From IMG/VR virus record IMGVR_UViG_3300020463_001507: DNA of 20,000 nt; one strand, given 5' to 3'. Numbering within the stretch: position 1 is the stretch's first letter; the number at the start of each line of letters is the position of its first letter. The notes beneath the pieces are model-generated. The model had not been told where the DNA came from. It made no database searches and saw nothing but the letters and a program-made list of their open reading frames with translations. Source of the DNA: an uncultured virus (IMG/VR IMGVR_UViG_3300020463_001507) (Duplodnaviria > Heunggongvirae > Uroviricota > Caudoviricetes). The translations under genes were made by a program, and so were the position numbers. Below, one piece after another: positions 1 through 8,100 of the stretch.

Positions 1-52
1 TAAGACGGTTGTTGTCATTTGTATCAAGTATAATTGGAAATCTATTTGCCAT
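1..52 (-). CDS. 5' end of a gene running off the window (MANRFPIILDTNDNNRL...), probably a virion structural protein
   Basis: Manual translation from ATG at 52, open to the window edge; AGGA upstream and a TAAATA box at 73-78; follows two structural genes. Confidence 0.7.
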   Translation of the reverse strand, partial: MANRFPIILDTNDNNRL

Positions 53-72
53 TAGTTACATCCTGTTTCTTA

Positions 73-80
73 TATTTATC
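73..80 (-). promoter_or_regulatory. T4-late-like promoter box GATAAATA
   Basis: TAAATA core in the intergenic gap, 20 nt before ATG 52; the same core recurs before many genes here. Confidence 0.6.
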
Positions 81-105
81 GTATCTCATACTAGTGCCGC
101 CTCCG

Positions 106-2175
106 TTAAACTATTCCGCTTAATGCTGTACGCTTCCAGCCAGATGCTGTTTTTATATACAAGTAGTTGTCATCATATCTTATTTCGCCTGTGTCACCTG
201 CATCAGCATTTCCTGTCGGTGGTGTTGCTGTTGTTGCAACAATCTTTGCATTGATTGTATCTGAATGTGTTACTTGACCTGATGTAGCATCGTACTGTAA
301 ATGTGTTGTGCCGGCTAAATTTAAAATTGGTGTAATTACTAGACTACTTGCTGTTGTGTTGTTTACTTCTGTACCAGTTGCATTGATTACAATCGAGTTT
401 GCGGCTTGGTTAGTCTTTCCAGCACCTTCACCTATCGCGATTGAAAGGGTTCCTTGTCCAGATGCTCCTGCGTTTTGGCCAATCGCGATACCATCCGTGC
501 CTTGGCTGGTACCACCAGCGTTGTATCCGATTGCAACACCTGAGCCACCTTGTGATGTCTGGCCAGCCTGCATTCCTATCGCCACTGTGTAAACACCTTG
601 GTTAGTCTCACCTGCCTGTTCACCAACTGCCACACCGTGTTGGCCTTGTGATGTCTGACCAGCCTCTTTACCAATTGCTACAGTATTGGCACCTTGAGTT
701 GTTTCACCTGCTTCGTTACCAATTGCTACTGCGTATTGTCCTTGAGTAGTTTTACCTGCTTGATAGCCTACTGCGGTACTATACATGCCTTGGTTAGTTT
801 TACCAGAGGATAAACCAACTGCTACTGAACTTGTACCTTGTCCACTTTCACCTGCACTATCGCCAATTGCTACTGCGGCTGTGTCTTGATTCTCTTTACC
901 TGCTTGAAAACCTACTGCTACTGTTGTATTGCCTTGATTGGTTTGACCTGCTTCATGACCAAGTGCAATACTAAATTCACTTGTTCTTAAACTTGTTGTA
1001 TCTACTGCACCAACAATCTTATTGTTGTTACCATCAACTAGTAATGTACTATCATCTCCAAACACACTACCTGTGACTTCACCGTCAAATGCACCTGTGT
1101 GTGCATCAGTAATTCCGTAACCTGCTACTGTAGTTGGTTTGCCTGTCAAACTTGCGAATGTTTGTGCTGGTACACTTGTTAAGTATCCTGCAACACTATG
1201 ATCGCCCCAACTATATGCTGTGTTCCAATTAGTTGCTTCTGTGCCCGAAACAACTGAACTAGGTATTATGTTGGCAACAGCGTCTACTAGTAGAGTACTA
1301 TCATCACCAAACACACTACCTGTTATATCACCGTCAACGCTATCAGCTACAACACCAGTAAGATTATTAATGAATGTACTTGTAATTCTTGCATCAATAT
1401 CTGCGTTTGCAAGTGTGCTAGAATAATATTTGTTTGAAGCACCTTCAGTTAATTGGTCTGTATTTTTTGCTGATAATCTAGTATCAAATCTAGCATCAGT
1501 ATAATATAAATTTCCTGGACCTTCAATTAATTCAGCAGTAGTATTATTTGTTAATATTACTTTATTGTTATTGCCATCTACTATTAATGAACTATCATCA
1601 CCAAATATACTGCCTGTAATGTCACCGTCAACGTTACCTGTTAAGTTACCTGTAACGTTACCAACTACTGCTCCAGTATGTGTACCATTTGTATCTCCTG
1701 TTACGTTAGCAAACACAGGACCAACAATACGTCCGTTTACACCATCTACTAACATTGTACTATTGTCTGCAAATACACTACCAGTTACATCACCAATCAT
1801 CGGACCATATAATGTGCCTGTTAACCCATCCATCATTAATTTTGAATCGTCAGCAAATATACTTCCTACAATATCTTTAGCTTGTACAATATTTCCGCCA
1901 ACTACTAAATCTCCTGATGCAGATCCACTTAATCTAACGCCATTAATAAAAATAAAATCTTTAACATATAGTTCAGACCAACGTTTTGTACTTGATCCTA
2001 AACTAATTACATTATCAGTTCTCGGAATTATACTAGTTGTAAAATCTGTTGTGTCAGTAAATGTACCACTGTAAAGTTCATCAAAGTTATCGTTTACTTT
2101 AGAAAAAGCTGTACGTAACGGATCGCCATCACCTTTGTTTTGTGACTTACCAATATTAATTATTTTCTTTGCCAT
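106..2175 (-). CDS. Tail fiber / adhesin-like virion protein, 689 aa
   Basis: N-terminal INIG..GDGDPLRTAFSKVNDNFDELY (gp9/gp10-like); five GS(V/I)F(G/A)D(D/N)S repeats; T..L.EG..N.YY repeats; KPTTVAGYGITDA fiber motif; twelve 16-aa AIG..AG...QG repeats; TAATG stop/start overlap with the upstream gene at 2173-2177. Confidence 0.85.
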   Translation of the reverse strand: MAKKIINIGKSQNKGDGDPLRTAFSKVNDNFDELYSGTFTDTTDFTTSIIPRTDNVISLGSSTKRWSELYVKDFIFINGVRLSGSASGDLVVGGNIVQAKDIVGSIFADDSKLMMDGLTGTLYGPMIGDVTGSVFADNSTMLVDGVNGRIVGPVFANVTGDTNGTHTGAVVGNVTGNLTGNVDGDITGSIFGDDSSLIVDGNNNKVILTNNTTAELIEGPGNLYYTDARFDTRLSAKNTDQLTEGASNKYYSSTLANADIDARITSTFINNLTGVVADSVDGDITGSVFGDDSTLLVDAVANIIPSSVVSGTEATNWNTAYSWGDHSVAGYLTSVPAQTFASLTGKPTTVAGYGITDAHTGAFDGEVTGSVFGDDSTLLVDGNNNKIVGAVDTTSLRTSEFSIALGHEAGQTNQGNTTVAVGFQAGKENQDTAAVAIGDSAGESGQGTSSVAVGLSSGKTNQGMYSTAVGYQAGKTTQGQYAVAIGNEAGETTQGANTVAIGKEAGQTSQGQHGVAVGEQAGETNQGVYTVAIGMQAGQTSQGGSGVAIGYNAGGTSQGTDGIAIGQNAGASGQGTLSIAIGEGAGKTNQAANSIVINATGTEVNNTTASSLVITPILNLAGTTHLQYDATSGQVTHSDTINAKIVATTATPPTGNADAGDTGEIRYDDNYLYIKTASGWKRTALSGIV
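400..972 (-). repeat. About 12 tandem 48-nt (16-aa) coding repeats, YadA-head-like beta-roll
   Basis: Units such as AVAIGNEAGETTQG, TVAIGKEAGQTSQG and GVAIGYNAGGTSQG recur with 16-residue periodicity. Confidence 0.85.
1030..1875 (-). repeat. Five dispersed G-S-[VI]-F-[GA]-D-[DN]-S-x-[LM]-x-[VM]-D coding repeats
   Basis: Copies near 1030-1080, 1280-1330, 1575-1620, 1742-1790 and 1826-1875; ccaaacacactacctgt is identical in two copies. Confidence 0.8.
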
Positions 2176-5100
2176 TATATTTTCCCTACGATAATTTCAA
2201 TAGTACCTTTGCCACTATCTGCTTTATTTTCTAATGCCTTACCTATTATGGTTCCTGGGTTAGGATTATTGTTTACTACCGCATGTCCTGGAACACCACT
2301 TGCTACTAACATATCACCTTTGGCAATTAGTCCAATAACCTTACAAGGCACTCTACCTGTCATTGCAACATCTGTTGGATGTGTACCTTCTAGTTCTGAG
2401 TTCATTAAGTAAGCAGGATTAGTTGATACAACACCTACTACCCTATGATCGTCTTTAGTAGATGTTACAGTAATTTCTTCTGTACCCCCTAGTACAACAA
2501 CAGTACCTGCTTCATATGCTTCATCGGCCAAATACTTTTCTGCCAAGTCTGCATATCTTGCTGTAGTAGCTGTACCTGAAAATGTTGTAGCATATACTGT
2601 GTTAAATTTAAGAGGAGTGCCTCCTCCTTGACCTAAGTTAATTGTATTATCTGCATTAGGTAAAATGTTTGCATTTACTCTACCATTAATAGTTACTGTA
2701 TCTGATCCATCTGAACCAAGTGTTGTATTACCATCTACTTGTAAAGCATTTGTAACCTTAGTAAGTGTATCTGCTACTTGTACTCTAACAGCACCACCAG
2801 TAACAATCTGGATAACATCTGCTGCCGCATCAGTAAATCCTGTGCCAGCACCTAATCCAATACCAGTACCAGTTGCGTCTCTTTCTCCGTTTGCTTCAAT
2901 AAAGTTAGTGTAAATCCAATCAGTTGCTACAAATGACTCTCCTGTATAACTAGAACCTGCATGGAATGTTGACTCTGTGCTTATATTAGTTTCACCAACA
3001 TCTAAGTTTCCAGGAATTTTAACAATAGGATAAGTTACAGTTGGTGTAACACTTCCGCCCACTGCTGTTAGTATTGTACCCTGTGCTGGAGTTTTAAATG
3101 TTAGTGTACCCGAAGCTTCTGATAAAATTTCATATGTATCAGTACCACCAATGATATAACTGTTAGCTTGAATAGCTCCTGTTGTTTTTCTCCTAGCAAT
3201 AGTATCACCAGTTGATGCAGTTGAAATAACACTAACACCGTAATTTCCTGCTGAAAGTTTTATAAGGGCTGATCCTGGAAAACCAGTATCACCAGACACT
3301 ACTGTATTAGTGAAGTCACTATCAACTAAACCACCACCAGCAGTTAATGCATTTGCAAATGAAATTTCCTCAACGGATCCTGTACCAGCAGTAGTCCTAC
3401 CTAACACATTACCTGTGTTAATATTTGTAAGTTCTGCAACAGCAATTCCTCCGTCTTTGATTCTTACAAATCCGTCACTAGTCTCAAAGTTTTCATCACT
3501 GAATTTTGCTAATCCTAAATCTGCCTGTGTTTTTGTAGCAGAACCGCTGTATCCATTAGTTGCATCATCTTCATCAAATGTGTTTGCTGATTGCAGAGAT
3601 AGTTTACTTTGAACAATTCCTGCACTGGTGTTTACATCTGCGTTAACTATTACACCAGGAGCAATTTGTAAATCAAATTCTGCATCAGTTGCTGTCCTAG
3701 TGGTGTTAAGATTAATATCACTGCTAGATGCTTCTGAAGCGTTAGCCCATTCATCAGTTGGAGCTGTCAAAATTGTTGCTGTAGCTGTGCCATTACTTAA
3801 AACATCACTTAAACTAAACGCTCCTGCTCCTACAGTATAGGTTACAATAGTAACACTATAGCCATTACCTACACTACCTAATAGCTGATCTGTTGTATTT
3901 TCTAAATCAACTATACTACCATTTATTGCGGCATTGCCATTTATCGTAATAGTTTGTCCTACACTCCATGTGCCTCCGCTTGTTGGAGTTATGAAAATTC
4001 TTTTCTTGCCTGTTGCAACTAGTAGATCATCTTTGGTTTGGCTGTTAGTTTCAACACTTCTTAATTTTTTTACTTCATCAAATTCACCAACTCTTGCATC
4101 AACATAATTTTTATTTGTTGCTGCTGTACCATCAGTACCAGGATTTGCTACACCTGTAATTTGATTGGTTCCCATTACCAGTGCGCCTTCCATCGGAAAC
4201 GTACCATTTAAAGGAACAAAGCCTTGTCCAATTCTATTACCTGACGGTGATGCTTGGACTTGTGAGCCACCTTCAGTACTACCTAGTCTTCTGTTTACAT
4301 AAGCAACTACTGATTTTTCAGTAGGTACTGCACTAGCTGAAGCATCTGCCATAGAGTCATCTGCTGAGAATTCGTTGATTGTAACACCTTTGGTAAATCC
4401 AAGTGCGTTAGCATTTGATAAGCCAATCTCTCCAGAGAACGTAATTAATCCTGTTGCTTGGTCAACACTAAAGAACTTACCTACTCTAAAGAATCCAAAT
4501 TGGTCAGTACTTACAAAGAATACTCTACCTTTTCGTCTTTCCCAAACTTGGGCTTTAGAAGCTGTGTTATCAGTTGTATAAAATTCAGCTAAACTATTTT
4601 CTGCTTTACCTAAGATAATATTTGGATAGTTTGAATCGTTAAATGATCCTGTACCAATTTGTGTAAAGTCATGTCCTGTTGCTCTCACAAGTGAAATACT
4701 TACTGTAAGTTCTGCTGTTGAATTTGCATTAATACCAAGTTTAAAAGATTCTGCTGTTGATGTTGACAAACCGCTGTTTAAGCCAGTACCAGAATAACTC
4801 TTGTTAATATTTGTACCTGCTACATCTTGTATTGTAATATACGCAACAGTAGAATCACTTTCATAATTTGTCACTTGATGCACTTTACCATTGTGTGTAA
4901 ATAACATTCCTCCTGCATAACCGCCTTCACCAGGTTGTAATCCTGCGATGTCCCTAGTTATTCTTGTTATGTCACTGGCTCTAGTAAGTTGTTTGATAGC
5001 AATCTTTGTATCACCTTGGGTACTACCATTGCCGCCTACAAGATTAGTATCACCAGTTGATTCTATATCAAGTGTCTCAAATGCTGAGTCTAGTGTAGTA

Positions 5101-8100
5101 AAGATACTATTTGCACCAACTGCTTGTGCATATGGATCTGTATTCTGGAAGTCAATACTTCTATATGTAACAGTATCACTTTCATCAAAGTTAATTGCTG
5201 TGTTTGGTCTTACATTTAGCTGTGTTGGATCAGTTATTCCATTAAACACATGTGATTTTACATTTCTAAATTTGACTAATGTTCCTGTAGAAATAGTTGC
5301 TTGTATCTTATCAAAGAAATCATTTGCTTGTGCAGAGTCAACTGCAATACTTAATTTATAAATTCTGTTACTAATATTTCCTATGCCTAGTGTATTTGCA
5401 ACTGCCACTACGTCAAAGGTTAGATTGGCTCCTCCACCATTTCCTATATCAGCATCTGCGATTGTAATTGTTTCACCTGTAGCGTAATTTTGTCCGCCTC
5501 GATTTACTGTAACCGAAGTTGCAGCACCAGTCCCATCGACTGTGATATTAAAGGATGCACCACCGCCATTAACAGTACCACCTGAAGTATATGCGCCATA
5601 TGCAGTACCATCAACTGTAGTAGTAAGTGCCTCATCAGAGTATAAATCAAATTGTGTTTCACCTACATTTGAAGAAACTATTTTAGCATAGTATGGATTA
5701 TTAGTAAGTTGTGTCATTCCACTAACAGCGGCAATTACAATTCTAGCACCGTCTCTTAAATTATGTGGTGTTGTTGTTGTAATCCTCACAGGATTAGTTT
5801 GAGTAGCACCACTTATATTTTTCTGTGCTCCACCTGCACCTTGAACATCAGTATATGTGCCTGCAGATCTTGAACCGTCTGCGCCACCAATATTGGTTAC
5901 TGACTCAACACCTGTTACATGTACATCACCTATTTCGCCAAAGATTTGGTCGTTGTCTGAATCACTCATAGCCTCAACAGCATTAATTAAATAATTTAAT
6001 GTGCCTGTTGCACCACCGTGCTCAATAGTAACATGTGAGTTAGGCAAAGGTGCTCGTGCTAGTTCAGTTACATATATATCTGTATCATTAATAGCATTTG
6101 TAAATGTGCTAGTAGTAACAGTTTTAGCAGGTTGCATTGTTGCATCACGCAAAGTTACTTGATCTGGAATCTCGTTTGGATCTGCACCTTCAGCTACTAA
6201 GCCGAAGTTACCATAACCGTTTGAACAGTTTAGAGCCCTAATCTCTGAACCATTAAACGCATAAAATGCCGCATGGTTATAGTACGTAAATGTTGATACT
6301 TGCTCTGATACTGCGCCGTTGTTACAAACCAATCCATAACCTAAATCGTTTATTTGTGTAAAGTTCTGTGCAAGTAAAGATCTGTTACCTGATGTTTGTA
6401 AAAATAAATCTCTATAATATCTTGTGTTTGCAAATTGTGACTCATCATATCCTGTACCACCATTTGAATCTGCATCTAAATAAATTTTACACCAACCATT
6501 ACCACTGTCATAATCTGATATGGCATTAATTTGATATCTTCGTCCTTCTACATAGAATGGACAAGGAAGTAATGGTGCTCTTAAAAATAATCCTTCGCCT
6601 GGCAAACTTCGTATCCACAAAGTAAAATTGTTAATCTTACCATTCTGTGAGCCACCTAATGCCGCTCCTGGATCAATTGTTTCAGGAACATAAACTGGAA
6701 GGTTAGCAACATAAGCATCTAAGAACATACCTCCTGCAAAAGTCTTTTTGTTTTCACTCTTTGAAAAACTAGAACATGCAAATATGTAAGGCGATTTGGT
6801 TAAAATTTGTCCTTCAGGATCAAGCACAGTCATAAATCCGCCGTGTCCTTGACAACTTACATTAGAAATAATAGTGCCGTCGTTCATTAAGAATACGTCC
6901 ATTTGATTATTTCTTTTGGCTGGATTGTAGTTTACGTCAAATGCATATGTAACTCTTCCAACTAAATTAGTTGCTAGTGTCCCTGTACCAGATTCAGCTG
7001 TACCTCCAGTTAATACTGGTGGCTGATATGTTGATGCTCCAGTGTTTTGTAAAATACTTCCTGATGGATAGCTACCTGTAAATAATTGATTAAGGAATAC
7101 GCCTATTTGTGTAATTGAATCACGTGTAATTGCTTCTTGTCCTAAGAAACCACCATCAGCATATTTGGCAACATAATAATAGTAGTATTCACCTGCTGAC
7201 TCCGTTGTAAATTCTGCTCCACCTCTAATTAAATCATTTCTAATAGAGTCAACAATCAGTCCAACATCTCTCCTACATTTTGCAACACCATGAACATAAT
7301 TTACAAAGTTTGTGTTAACAAAACTTATAACACTATTTTGTATTGTGAGAATTTGACTTGCTTGTAGTATAGCTGTTCTAGCTGTTGTAAATTGTGACTC
7401 AGCATATGTAAAGTTTGGAAGTGTTTCTGCGGCTATACCTGATGTACTATTTGCTGTAACCACATCTTCAACTATTTGTAGTAAACCGCTAAATTCTGCT
7501 TGTTCGCTTGTAGATGATGCTTCTAATGTAATGTTTTGTGCTACATCAGATTGTAAACTGGTAACAACATTATCAACTAATACAGTTTCACCTATAGTAG
7601 AAAGATAATTTAGTGCACCTGCAACTGCTGTTCTCTGTGCTGCACTTGCTGTCCATAGTTCAGTTGCACCGTTGTACAAACTTAGAGCAACTCGTCTAGT
7701 TGCACTATTACCACCATATTGTAAATCATAACTAGCCGCATCGAGGACTCTTCCTATTTCAAATTTTAATCTTGTTGCATCTAAACTTGCACCTGAATGA
7801 TTTGTGTTTACCCATTCTGCTATTTCTGCTTGTAAGAAACTATTATTTGCTTGTAATTGTTTTCTTGCTTTTGTAGCATCAGCGTTTACGTCAGCACCTG
7901 CTGTTGTGATAGGATAATTAAATTCTAAAGGTCCTGCTCCATTACCAGTGTTTACACTACCGTTTGTAATAATGTCAACTATTTCTGTAACTGAATCATC
8001 TATTCTTGCAATACCTTCTGCAGATAATTCAACAGCGGCAATATTTCTTACAAGGTAACCAATATATCTGACAGCACTTATAGTTGCTTCTTTGTTTGCA

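Noticed and set aside
400..1875. CRISPR array or DGR template/variable repeat
   Set aside because: The repeats are in-frame, degenerate coding repeats; there are no spacers, no adenine-specific mismatch pair and no reverse transcriptase.
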